The position numbers and the translations under genes were made by a program. From positions 288,001 to 352,000 of the forward strand of contig CAXXVD010000003.1 of NCBI GenBank assembly GCA_963662335.2: a DNA stretch of 64,000 nucleotides. Direction: 5' to 3'. The notes under the pieces were generated by a model. It did not search any database, was not told where the DNA came from, and saw only the letters and a program-made list of their open reading frames with translations. The stretch is from Chloroflexota bacterium. Lineage in GTDB: Bacteria; Chloroflexota; UBA11872; VXOZ01. How positions within the stretch are numbered: the first letter of the stretch is position 1; each line of letters begins with the position of its first letter. This document shows, one piece after another, positions 44,494 through 53,439 of the stretch.

Positions 44494-46164
44494 ATGTCCA
44501 CACCGCCAACCTACAAACCCCTCGAAATCGAGGTAACCGACTTCGGCCCCATCGCCCGGGCCAAACTCGACCTGCGCCCGCTCACCGTCTTCGTCGGCCC
44601 CAGCAACACGGGCAAATCCTACTTGGCGATGCTCATCTACGCGCTGCACCGGTTCTTCGGCGGGTACACGCCTAGCTTAGGGTCATTTGATAGAGTTGAA
44701 CCCTCTATTTTCCATCGCTATGTCGATATTTGGGGAAACGAGAATGGTCTTACAGAAGAAGGAAGTTCGGCTCTACTTGCTTGGATGAACCAACTGCATG
44801 ACTGCACACAAGGGCAGCCTTTTCCAGAGGACTTCCGCGCGCGAGTGCCGGAAGACGTTGCGGCGCTGCTCCGCCCTTTGCTAACGGCAATTGGCACGCT
44901 CGGTGAACATCTGAACGATGAAGTTGCGCGTTGCTTTGGCAGTGAGGTTACGGGAGGGCTAATCCGGCATGGTAGTAGTCGTGGCGCGCAGATAGTCCTG
45001 AAGCGATGCCTCTCGGAGGCGGAGGCGCCAGCAGAGCCGCTTGCGTTTACATTCGCAGTACAGGGAAGCAAGACTAAACTCAGCGCTTCCATTCCTGATG
45101 CCGCGCCCTTGCAGATATGGAGAGACGATGGCGACTCCCGGGACCGGCACGAAATAGAACAGTGGATTTCCCGCACGCAACAGTCAAGGGAGTACCAGGG
45201 ATATGCCGAGCAGTATACGAGACACGCTGCCCAGCTAGCGGATTCTCAACAGAGCGAACTTGCCGGACGCGCGGCAGAGGACATGCGGCAAATGGTGCGC
45301 AAACAAGCGCAGTCACGGCGAAACGAACTTGCTAGTCTCGTCAGCACCTCCTTCATTAGCCCGTTGCATCGCGTAGCATATTATCTCCCCGCAGACCGCG
45401 CCGCTCTGATGGATACGCGCAGCCTGATCGTGTCATCCTTGATTAGGCGATCGATGCGCACGGGTCTCAAGCGCGGTGAAGCCTTGCCGGCACTCACCGG
45501 TGTGCTCGCTGACTTTCTCGAGAAATTGGTTGTATTCGAAGACTATACTCAGAGAGACCAGAAAGACGGCTGGAATCTCGCCAGAATGCTTGAGATAGAA
45601 ATCCTAAAGGGGGAGTTGCGTGAGAATCGATCGGAAACCGGGCACACGACATTCACCTATCGGCCGGCGGGACGCACGGAGGAAGTCCCAATACTCCAAG
45701 CGTCTTCCATGGTCTCGGAAGTAGCACCAGTAATTCTATATCTGCGCCAAGTCATAAAGCCCGGTGACGTGCTGATCATTGAAGAACCCGAGGCGCACCT
45801 GCACCCGGCCATGCAGGCAGCGTTCACCCGGCAGCTTGCGGCGGTAGTGCGGGCCGGTGTGCGGGTAATGATTACGACGCACAGCGATTACGTGCTGGAG
45901 GAACTGGCCAACCTGGTACGCATGTCCGAACTGCCGGAAACGGAACAGGCGAGTTTACAGGGTGCAGAGTTTGCCCTACGCGAAGAAGACGTGGGCGTCT
46001 GGCTCTTTGAGCCGGGAGAGCCACCCAAGGGCTCCGTAGTGAAGGAGGTCATGTTGGATAAGGATGCAGGGCTTTACTCGGCAGGATACAGTGAAGTTTC
46101 CGAGGCGCTCTATAACATGTCGGTTGCGATTGACAACCGGATAGGAAAGAGCAGGCCCGATTGA
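44494..46164 (+). CDS. ABC-type AAA ATPase (AAA_15/AAA_21-like) with a long insert
   Basis: GPSNTGKS, ASSMVSEVAP, IIEEPEAHLHP, TTHSDY. Confidence 0.88.
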   Translation: MSTPPTYKPLEIEVTDFGPIARAKLDLRPLTVFVGPSNTGKSYLAMLIYALHRFFGGYTPSLGSFDRVEPSIFHRYVDIWGNENGLTEEGSSALLAWMNQLHDCTQGQPFPEDFRARVPEDVAALLRPLLTAIGTLGEHLNDEVARCFGSEVTGGLIRHGSSRGAQIVLKRCLSEAEAPAEPLAFTFAVQGSKTKLSASIPDAAPLQIWRDDGDSRDRHEIEQWISRTQQSREYQGYAEQYTRHAAQLADSQQSELAGRAAEDMRQMVRKQAQSRRNELASLVSTSFISPLHRVAYYLPADRAALMDTRSLIVSSLIRRSMRTGLKRGEALPALTGVLADFLEKLVVFEDYTQRDQKDGWNLARMLEIEILKGELRENRSETGHTTFTYRPAGRTEEVPILQASSMVSEVAPVILYLRQVIKPGDVLIIEEPEAHLHPAMQAAFTRQLAAVVRAGVRVMITTHSDYVLEELANLVRMSELPETEQASLQGAEFALREEDVGVWLFEPGEPPKGSVVKEVMLDKDAGLYSAGYSEVSEALYNMSVAIDNRIGKSRPD

Positions 46165-46628
46165 TGAGTCTCGTTAGACTGGTAAAGCAGAATATCGACA
46201 GCGAATGTCTTGATACGAAGTGCAGCAAGGAGGGCTGCGCGCTAACCTTGAGCGGCCTCCAAGAACCGTTTCTATTGATAGATATGGATCATGAGAAGGC
46301 GCCCATGGGCAGACAGGGCGAGAAGAAGTGCGACTATATCTTCATTGGGGAAGTCGGCGCTTGGGTGTCCCCGCTGGAGTTGAAGCGTGGCAAGTTGAGA
46401 GCAAGCGAGGTTGTGCGCCAACTCCAAGCAGGCGCGGTGGTTGCCGAGCGTTTCGTGCCTCTTGCGGCAAAAACCGAGTTCTGTCCAATCGCAGCCTACG
46501 GCGGCGGCGCGCACCGCAACGAGATTACTGCTTTGCGCAATAGCTCAGTTAGATTCCGCAGCAAAGAAACCAGCATAGTATTGGTGCGGTGCAACACATC
46601 TTTGATGGGTGCCTTAGCCAAGGCTTGA
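46164..46628 (+). CDS. Small PD-(D/E)xK-like nuclease candidate coupled to the ATPase
   Basis: KKCDYIF...PLELKRG motif; ATG overlaps the ATPase TGA. Confidence 0.6.
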   Translation: MSLVRLVKQNIDSECLDTKCSKEGCALTLSGLQEPFLLIDMDHEKAPMGRQGEKKCDYIFIGEVGAWVSPLELKRGKLRASEVVRQLQAGAVVAERFVPLAAKTEFCPIAAYGGGAHRNEITALRNSSVRFRSKETSIVLVRCNTSLMGALAKA

Positions 46629-46639
46629 GGAGCCAATCC

Positions 46640-48574
46640 ATGTCGTTCTCTGACCTCTGGCAGACATACGGCCCCGTGGCGCGGTCGTCCCACTTCCGCA
46701 CCGTAGCCGCCACCGGCGTCTTCATGCTCGCGGCGTGGGTGGTCTGGCTTGCGGGTGTGGACGTGCCCTATCTTGCCGAGGGGTTGGCGCTGGCGGCGGT
46801 GGGGATTGGCGGCTTGGGCATCGTGTGGGGCGCGTTGCGGGGTTTGTGGCAGCGGCAGGTGAACGTGGACGAACTGGTGAGCATTGCCGTCATCGCCTCG
46901 GTGCTCGCCGGTGAGTATCTCTCCGCCGGTCTCGTGGTCTTCATGATGATCTTCGGCCAACTGCTGGAGGAAGCCACCAGCCAGCGGGCCACGGCGGCAT
47001 TGGAGCACCTGGCCGCGTTGCAACCGGAGCGCGCACACCGGGTGAACGGTGACGCTATTGAAGAAACCAACGTGAGCGACCTCAATCCCGGCGACACCGT
47101 GCTGGCGAAACCGGGCGAGCGCCTGCCGGTGGACGGCGAGGTGATTGCGGGCGCGGCGGCCGTGGACGAAACGTTGGTCACCGGCGAATCGCTCCCCGTG
47201 CCCAAAGCGCCCGGCAGCCGGGTATACGCGGGTACGCTGAACCAGGACGGCGCGCTCACCATCCGCACCGAGGCCGTGGGCGAACACGCCTACGTCGGCC
47301 AGATCGGGCGGCTCCTGGACGCGCTGGAAGAAGAACGCGCGCCAATCGTGCGCGTAGCGGACCGTTACGCCAAGTACTTTACCCCCGCCATCCTCATCAC
47401 TGCCCTCGCCACCTGGCTGATTTCCGGCAATCTGAGTTCCGCTTTGGCCGTGTTGATCATCGCCTGTCCGTGCGCGCTGGTGCTGGCCACGCCGACCGCC
47501 ATCGTCGCCGGGGTGGCCAACGCGGCGCGGCAGGGGATTCTCATCAAAGGCGGCGCGCGTTTCGAGGCCGCCGGCGCGGTGGATACGGTCGCGGTGGACA
47601 AGACCGGCACCCTCACCCGCGGCGCGCCCGTGGCGCAGCAGGTGATGCCGGCGGACGGGGTGCAGGCCGAGGACCTGCTTACCCTGGCGGCGGCGGCGGA
47701 ACGCTACTCCGAACACCCGCTCGGCAAGGCGCTGGTGGACTATGCGGCTGCAAAGGCGCTCGACCTGCCGCCGGCGGCGGACTTTCGCGCCTTTCCGGGC
47801 CGGGGCGTGGCGGCGCGCGTGGCGCAGCGGCACGTGCTGGTGGGCACTCGCGAACTGCTCCACCAGCAGGGTGTAACGGGCGTGCCGCCACAGGAGGCCG
47901 CTCCCGACGCGGGCAGCCTGATGCTGGTGGCAAGCGACGGCCGGTTTAGCGGCTGGATACAGTTCGGCGATACCGTGCGTCCCGGCGCGGCGCAGGCCGT
48001 GGAGCACCTCCACGCGCTCGGCATTCAGCAGGTGGTCATGCTCACCGGCGATCGGCAGCAGGAAGCGCAGCGCCTGGCAGACACCGTGGGCATAGACTCC
48101 TGGCGCGCGCGTCTGCTGCCGCAGCACAAGGTGGACTGGATACGCGGCGCGCGGGACGCGGGCAAGCGCGTGGCCATGGCCGGCGACGGGGTGAACGACG
48201 CCCCGGCCCTGGCGGCCGCCGACCTCGGCATCGTCATGGGCGGCACCGGCACCGCGGTCGCCGCGGAAACCGCCGACATCGCCCTCTTGCGCGGCGACAT
48301 CGGCCAACTGCCCACCGCGATTGCGATCAGCCAGATGACTCTGCGCGGCGTCAAGCAGAATCTGCTCTTCGCGCTGGTCTGGAACCTGGTCGGCATCGGT
48401 CTGGCGGCCACCGGCGTCCTCGGGCCCATCGCCGCCGCGCTGGCGCACAACCTCGGTTCGGTAGCGGTGGTGGTGAACGCCGCCCGCTACGTGGCCGCGC
48501 CCACCAAGCTACCTCCGCACGAGCACCAAGAGCGCACCGCCCAGCAGCCGGACGCCGTCTCCGATCCGGTCTAG
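46640..48574 (+). CDS. Heavy-metal translocating P1B-type ATPase without an N-terminal metal-binding domain
   Basis: TGES, CPC, DKTGTLT, SEHP, GDGVNDAPALA. Confidence 0.93.
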   Translation: MSFSDLWQTYGPVARSSHFRTVAATGVFMLAAWVVWLAGVDVPYLAEGLALAAVGIGGLGIVWGALRGLWQRQVNVDELVSIAVIASVLAGEYLSAGLVVFMMIFGQLLEEATSQRATAALEHLAALQPERAHRVNGDAIEETNVSDLNPGDTVLAKPGERLPVDGEVIAGAAAVDETLVTGESLPVPKAPGSRVYAGTLNQDGALTIRTEAVGEHAYVGQIGRLLDALEEERAPIVRVADRYAKYFTPAILITALATWLISGNLSSALAVLIIACPCALVLATPTAIVAGVANAARQGILIKGGARFEAAGAVDTVAVDKTGTLTRGAPVAQQVMPADGVQAEDLLTLAAAAERYSEHPLGKALVDYAAAKALDLPPAADFRAFPGRGVAARVAQRHVLVGTRELLHQQGVTGVPPQEAAPDAGSLMLVASDGRFSGWIQFGDTVRPGAAQAVEHLHALGIQQVVMLTGDRQQEAQRLADTVGIDSWRARLLPQHKVDWIRGARDAGKRVAMAGDGVNDAPALAAADLGIVMGGTGTAVAAETADIALLRGDIGQLPTAIAISQMTLRGVKQNLLFALVWNLVGIGLAATGVLGPIAAALAHNLGSVAVVVNAARYVAAPTKLPPHEHQERTAQQPDAVSDPV

Positions 48575-48732
48575 GCCGCACTGCGAGCGGTGTGGCATTG
48601 GATTTACGCTGAGAATCCCCCAACGGTCACCCGGCCGCCTCCGGCAATTGAGTCAAGTGCCTTCCGGGGCGCTTGCTCTATAGCCTCTCCCATGGAGTAT
48701 GCGCACGATCCGCTTGTGCGGCAGCACCGTGC

Positions 48733-49281
48733 TCACCCTGAGATGAGGTGCACGCAAGGTAGAGATGCCATCCTGCGGTCAAGGGTGAGTGTATCCAGTC
48801 CGTGGTGCGCATAGTCATCGGCAATGAGGCGGTCGAAGAGGCCGGGGCCGGCCGTGGTTGAGAGCGCGTCCAGGACGGCGCGACCGTTCAGCGGAGCGAC
48901 CAGGCCACTGGTAAGGGCGTCCCGCAGGCCGGTGCGGGCCTCTTCTTCTGTCGCGCCGTAGTGGTAAGTGAGCGTAGCGTAGGCCTCGCCGATGGCCTGA
49001 TTCGAGGCGAAGACTTCACATTGCTGCTCCACGGCGAGCGCGCCAAGTTCCCTGAGAGCTTATTTGAAAAATGGCTTGAGTGATAAGATTCAGTCCTTCG
49101 ACAAGCTCTCGGATAACGACAGGTAGCTTGTAGAACCGTATTTTCGGCATTCTCTAGCGCTAGAAGTTACGCTATTCAGCATATTCAAATAGGCTCTGAG
49201 ACAGCGCTCGAAGTCCCTGCGAGGCTCTTTGGTGACCAACCTGACGAGTACGGACGTATCAATACCGAGTCGCTGGGCCAT
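48733..49281 (-). pseudogene. PIN-domain (VapC-like) toxin interrupted by a MITE
   Basis: IDTSVLVR N-terminus; removing the insert plus one TGA restores a 134-aa ORF (…FERCL|RELGALAVEQQ…FDRLI…TLDRRM). Confidence 0.85.
49056..49196. mobile_element. 141-bp MITE with 13-bp TIRs and a 3-bp TGA target duplication (IS5/IS1031-like ends)
   Basis: GAGCTTATTTGAA ... TTCAAATAGGCTC (12/13 match); TGA at 49053-55 and 49197-99; AT-rich. Confidence 0.85.
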
Positions 49282-49549
49282 GCCCCTGCTCTCGTTGGTC
49301 CCGGAACTTGCGGATGTCCAGCGGCTCGACGTTCGGGTCGATCTTGTCCCGCAGCGTGCCCAACTTGGAGTAGTCGATGCGCTTGGGCTTTGGCGCAGGC
49401 GCAGCCGGGTCCTCGCGGCGCGGCTTGAGGGTGTAGCCGCCGTCGGGGCCTTCCAGCAACTCGAGCCGGTCGCCGGGCCCCACGCCCATGGCCTCCAGCA
49501 CGCGCTTGGGGAACGTAATCTGCCCCTTTGCGGTAATCTTGACCACCAT
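49259..49549 (-). CDS. AbrB/MazE/SpoVT-family antitoxin
   Basis: VKITAKGQITFPKRVLEAMGVGPGDRL; AAGGAGG RBS; overlaps the PIN gene. Confidence 0.88.
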   Translation of the reverse strand: MVVKITAKGQITFPKRVLEAMGVGPGDRLELLEGPDGGYTLKPRREDPAAPAPKPKRIDYSKLGTLRDKIDPNVEPLDIRKFRDQREQGHGPATRY

Positions 49550-49618
49550 GAGATTCCTCCTTAACGCTAGGCTATCACGGGAAAAGCAGGGCCGCAATTG
49601 CGCCGGCAGTTGGCAGGG

Positions 49619-49855
49619 TCAGCGGCCCCACGAAGCCCGCTCTTCCTTAAGGTATTCGTCTACTTCTTGCGCGGTCTTGAATAGCCGGCGCCCCGGACCG
49701 CTATTCAGTATTTCTATGGCGGAACGCCTCTGTTTGCCTGAGTCGCACCGCACGACCACGTCTACCGTCTGCCCTTCCTCCAACTCTGGGCAGACTATCT
49801 CCACCTTGCCGCCCGGCAACACCGTTGTCCGCCGCTGGATTGTCTTCTGCATCAT
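49619..49855 (-). CDS. Small antitoxin-like protein (orphan)
   Basis: 78 aa; VLPGGKVEI..PELEEGQTVDVVV and C-terminal EVDEYLKEERASW resemble VapB-type antitoxins. Confidence 0.6.
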   Translation of the reverse strand: MMQKTIQRRTTVLPGGKVEIVCPELEEGQTVDVVVRCDSGKQRRSAIEILNSGPGRRLFKTAQEVDEYLKEERASWGR

Positions 49856-49881
49856 GGTCCTCCCTGTTCGCGGCGTGCTCG

Positions 49882-50268
49882 CTATCTTTGCCCCAACTGG
49901 GCCTTGAATTGGGCCGTATCCCAGTACTCCCGCCAGTGGGTGATTCTGCCGTTGGCGCAGGTGATGAAAACGCTGGCCGAAAGGCGGGCGGCATTGCCGG
50001 TCAGGCGGTGGCGGCAGGAGAACTCCCATTCGCAGGCGGCGGTGTCGCCCTGGGCAACCACGGCGCGCAGCGTGAGGCGGATCTGGGCAAAGGCGCTGAA
50101 GAAGGCCGTGAGCGACTGGCGGATGGCCGGCAGGCCGCTCAGCATCTGCCCGGACGCGCCGGTGAGGACGGCGTCCGGCGCAAAGTCTTGCAGGATGGCG
50201 TCGATATCCGCGGCGTTCCAGGCGGCGGTCTGGCGCTCCAGTATCTGCGCGGGTGTGGGCGTTGGCAC
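49882..50268 (-). CDS. SnoaL/NTF2-like protein
   Basis: AAWNAADIDAI...FAPDAV, GDTAACEW, GRITHWREYWD. Confidence 0.8.
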   Translation of the reverse strand: MPTPTPAQILERQTAAWNAADIDAILQDFAPDAVLTGASGQMLSGLPAIRQSLTAFFSAFAQIRLTLRAVVAQGDTAACEWEFSCRHRLTGNAARLSASVFITCANGRITHWREYWDTAQFKAQLGQR

Positions 50269-50295
50269 TAGATGATAACTCCTAGTGGCCGCTGA

Positions 50296-51357
50296 TCATG
50301 CAGGAACGGTGTCGCGCGCCAGGTAGAGCAGCGCGAGCACGGCGATGCCCCACAGCGCCACGCTGGCCAGCAGCCACGGATCGCGGAAGATTAGGGTTTC
50401 CGGCGCGTCGCTGCCGCCGGGATTGCGCGCGGCGCGCAGGTAGCGCAGCAAGCCAAAGATGACGAACGGTGTGGTGACGATGAGGCGCGGGTTGCCAAAG
50501 GTGGCCGGCGCGAAGAGGGTGTAGACCACGTAGGCGGCAACGGTGGTTCCCGCCGCCAGGTTGAGCCAACGGTCCAGCGACGCAATCGAGTATCGCGCCA
50601 GATTGCGGCGGTGGGCGGCGGCGCGCGCGCCCAGCAACGCCAGTTCGCCCCGGCGCTTGCCCAAGATTATCAGAAGCGCCAGCAACAGCGTGCAGATGTA
50701 GAGCCACGGCGAGAGCGGCGTAAGGACGGCGGCGGTACCGGCGGCGGCGCGCAGCACGAAGCCGAGCGCGATCAAGGCCGCGTCCAGCAGCGCCACGTGC
50801 TTCAGCCAGGCGCTGTAGGCCAGGTTCAGACCCACGTAGAGCGTGAGAAGCGCGCCCAGGACGACCTGGAGCAGGAACGCGCCCGCCAGCGCGCCGCCAA
50901 GCAGAGCCGTGGCGGCGATAATCGCTACCGGCAACGGCAATGCGCCCGCGGCCAGCGGACGCTTGCGCTTGAGCGGGTGCGCGCGGTCGGCTTCTACGTC
51001 CAGCACGTCGTTTACCAGATAGATACCGCCGCTGGCGAGCACGAAGAGACCGAACGTGAGCACACTGGCGCGCACGGCGTCCAGGTCGGTGAGTTGCTGG
51101 GAAAAGATCATGCCGGCAAAGACCAGGACGTTCTTCACCCACTGCTGCGGACGAGTGGAGCGCAGCAGCGCATGGGCAATGGTCAATACGGAACCTGCGG
51201 CTGCCGCTTGCGGCGTGTCGGCCGGTGCGGGATGCTGAAGCGTCTCAGTGGAGGAATGCGGCGCAATGCGCTCAGCCGGCGCTGGGCCGTGCGCTTCCCG
51301 CTCACCGCCGCCGCGCCCGGCGCGACTCATGCCTCGCGCAGAGGTTTCACCGCTCAT
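50296..51357 (-). CDS. UbiA-family decaprenyl-phosphate phosphoribosyltransferase-like protein
   Basis: RPQQWVKN, YLVNDVLDVEADRAHPLKRKRPLAAG, KRRGEL; start uncertain. Confidence 0.85.
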   Translation of the reverse strand: MSGETSARGMSRAGRGGGEREAHGPAPAERIAPHSSTETLQHPAPADTPQAAAAGSVLTIAHALLRSTRPQQWVKNVLVFAGMIFSQQLTDLDAVRASVLTFGLFVLASGGIYLVNDVLDVEADRAHPLKRKRPLAAGALPLPVAIIAATALLGGALAGAFLLQVVLGALLTLYVGLNLAYSAWLKHVALLDAALIALGFVLRAAAGTAAVLTPLSPWLYICTLLLALLIILGKRRGELALLGARAAAHRRNLARYSIASLDRWLNLAAGTTVAAYVVYTLFAPATFGNPRLIVTTPFVIFGLLRYLRAARNPGGSDAPETLIFRDPWLLASVALWGIAVLALLYLARDTVPA

Positions 51358-51556
51358 GCTTGCTCCTCCACGGGCGGCGCTGCGCGTGACTTTGATGAGC
51401 GCGCGGCCTGAGGCTGAAGCGGTGAAGAATCCCCCTCACCCTGGCCCTCTCCCCAGTTGGCAGGGGTATGTCTTCCGTAGCCGACTTCACGTGTCATTCC
51501 GAATGAAGCGCAGCGGGGTGAGGAATCTAGAGCGCAGCCTTGCAATATCAGCATCT

Positions 51557-53248
51557 TTAGATTCCTCGCTGCGCTCGGAATGACATATACATACCCCTGT
51601 CGGCCTCTCCCCAGGGAGAGGGAGTTACGCTCGTTTGGCTCTCACGCCAGGGAGAGGCGGTATTCTCGCCTGCTGGTTCGGGCTGCCCAAGGGATTCCGC
51701 GGCGAGTGTTTCCAGGCGCAGGTGGAGCGCCTGCCGCGTGTGCTCGGTAATGCGGTAGCGGGCGTCGATGCGGTGGCCGGCCACCCAGACGATGGCGCCT
51801 TGCGCGGTGACAACCAGCGGCACGCGGTCGCGTTGGCGCGCGGGCACGCGGGCATCCACCAGGAAGTCTTGCAGTTTCTTCGCCCCGGTCATGCCCAGGG
51901 GCGTGAAGCGGTCGCCGGGCCGGCGCGTGCGCACGCTGAGCGCGTCCGTCACCCGCGCGGCGTCCAGCCAGGCGTCCACGCCGGCGGTTCCGGCCTGGAA
52001 ATCGGCCTGGCCCGGTTCTACTATAGTAATGTCAATACTGCATCCCAGCGCCGCGACGGCGGTGCGGCCGGGTATGCGGAGTGGGACGGGCGCGAATGGC
52101 TCCCGCGGCGGGGCATAGCCAATCCAGATACCGTCGTGTTCGGCGCGGCAGAGCAGGCCGCCGGGGAGCGGAGCCGCCGCGCCGGTGCGGCCTTCCCGCA
52201 GCGCCGCGCGCGCGTTCGCAACGTGTGCGTATTCCAGCCCCTGCGTGTGCCCGGCGATGCGGGCGATAGCGCGGCGCAGCGCCGCCGTTTGCAGGGCCGG
52301 CTCCAGGGCGCGCCAGGCGGGGCCATCGAGCAACACACCGCCGTCGCATCTCTGGGCGTGGCGGCGCAGCCAGTCCTCCGCCGCGCCGGTGAGGTACGCG
52401 TGGTCTTCCGCCAGCACGTGGGCGGCCCGGGCCAGCGTGCGCGCCGCGGCCGGGTAGCGGGTCTCCAGCAGCGGCAGCGCCACGTGGCGCAGCCAGTTCC
52501 GCTGCGGCGCGGTGTCCGCGTTGCTGCTGTCTTCCCGAAACGCCAGGCCCCGGCGGGCGCAGTAGGCGCGTAGATCGGCGCGCGCGACGTCGAGCAGCGG
52601 CCGCGCCAGGGTGACGGCGGCTTCCGGCCGGGGGCGCGCCGGTCCGCGGCCGTTTTCATGCATTGCCGTAGGGCGCAAAGGTGGCTCCGTTTCAGCCGCC
52701 AGCGGCAAGGGACTCGCGTAGCCCATACCGGCCAGCCCGCCGAGGCCGCTCCCGCGCAGGAGGTGGAGCAGCACGGTCTCGGCCTGGTCGTCCTGGTGGT
52801 GGGCGAGGGCAATGAAGCGCGCACCCACCTCGCGGGCAATTGCCGCCAACGCCTGGTAGCGCAACCGCCGCGCGGAGTTCTCCGGTGAGGCGTGGTCCTG
52901 CTGCGCGCGCGCCGCGTCTACGGCACGCACCGTGCACGGCACACCCGCGCGCGCGGCGCAATGCGCCGCGAACCCGGCGTCCGCGTCGGATTCCGCGCCC
53001 CGCAGCCCGTGATTCACGTGGGCGACGTGCAGACGCCACCGCTTGCTCGGCGCAAGCTGCCGCAGCACGTCAAGCAAGGCCACCGAATCGGCCCCGCCGG
53101 ACACCGCCACCACGATGGCACTGCCGGCCGGCAACAAGCTGTGGGCCTCGATTGCCGCCGACACGGATTCCAGCAGCGGCTCACGCGGCGGCTCGCGCTT
53201 ACGCGCCGCGCTCAGGGTTGCTTCTGCAGTAGGCTCCGTATGCTCCAT
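51557..53248 (-). CDS. tilS: tRNA(Ile)-lysidine synthetase
   Basis: AVSGGADS, HVNHGLRG, ARRLRY, HHQDDQAETVL, KKLQDFLVD; C-terminus runs into a palindromic repeat. Confidence 0.95.
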   Translation of the reverse strand: MEHTEPTAEATLSAARKREPPREPLLESVSAAIEAHSLLPAGSAIVVAVSGGADSVALLDVLRQLAPSKRWRLHVAHVNHGLRGAESDADAGFAAHCAARAGVPCTVRAVDAARAQQDHASPENSARRLRYQALAAIAREVGARFIALAHHQDDQAETVLLHLLRGSGLGGLAGMGYASPLPLAAETEPPLRPTAMHENGRGPARPRPEAAVTLARPLLDVARADLRAYCARRGLAFREDSSNADTAPQRNWLRHVALPLLETRYPAAARTLARAAHVLAEDHAYLTGAAEDWLRRHAQRCDGGVLLDGPAWRALEPALQTAALRRAIARIAGHTQGLEYAHVANARAALREGRTGAAAPLPGGLLCRAEHDGIWIGYAPPREPFAPVPLRIPGRTAVAALGCSIDITIVEPGQADFQAGTAGVDAWLDAARVTDALSVRTRRPGDRFTPLGMTGAKKLQDFLVDARVPARQRDRVPLVVTAQGAIVWVAGHRIDARYRITEHTRQALHLRLETLAAESLGQPEPAGENTASPWRESQTSVTPSPWGEADRGMYMSFRAQRGI

Positions 53249-53439
53249 ACCGTCATGGTACCCCACGTGTGTTCGCCGTTCAGCTTCGCAAGCCGTGATG
53301 AGCAACCTTCTCGCAAATGCATTGCGCTGCGCAGACCCGTCCCGCGAACCTTGCGGCGCTCACCCGGGGATGTGCTCTGTGCGGCTGACCGCCCCGCAAA
53401 GACGGCCTCGGCATCACAAGCCGCACCGGGTCTCGTTCC

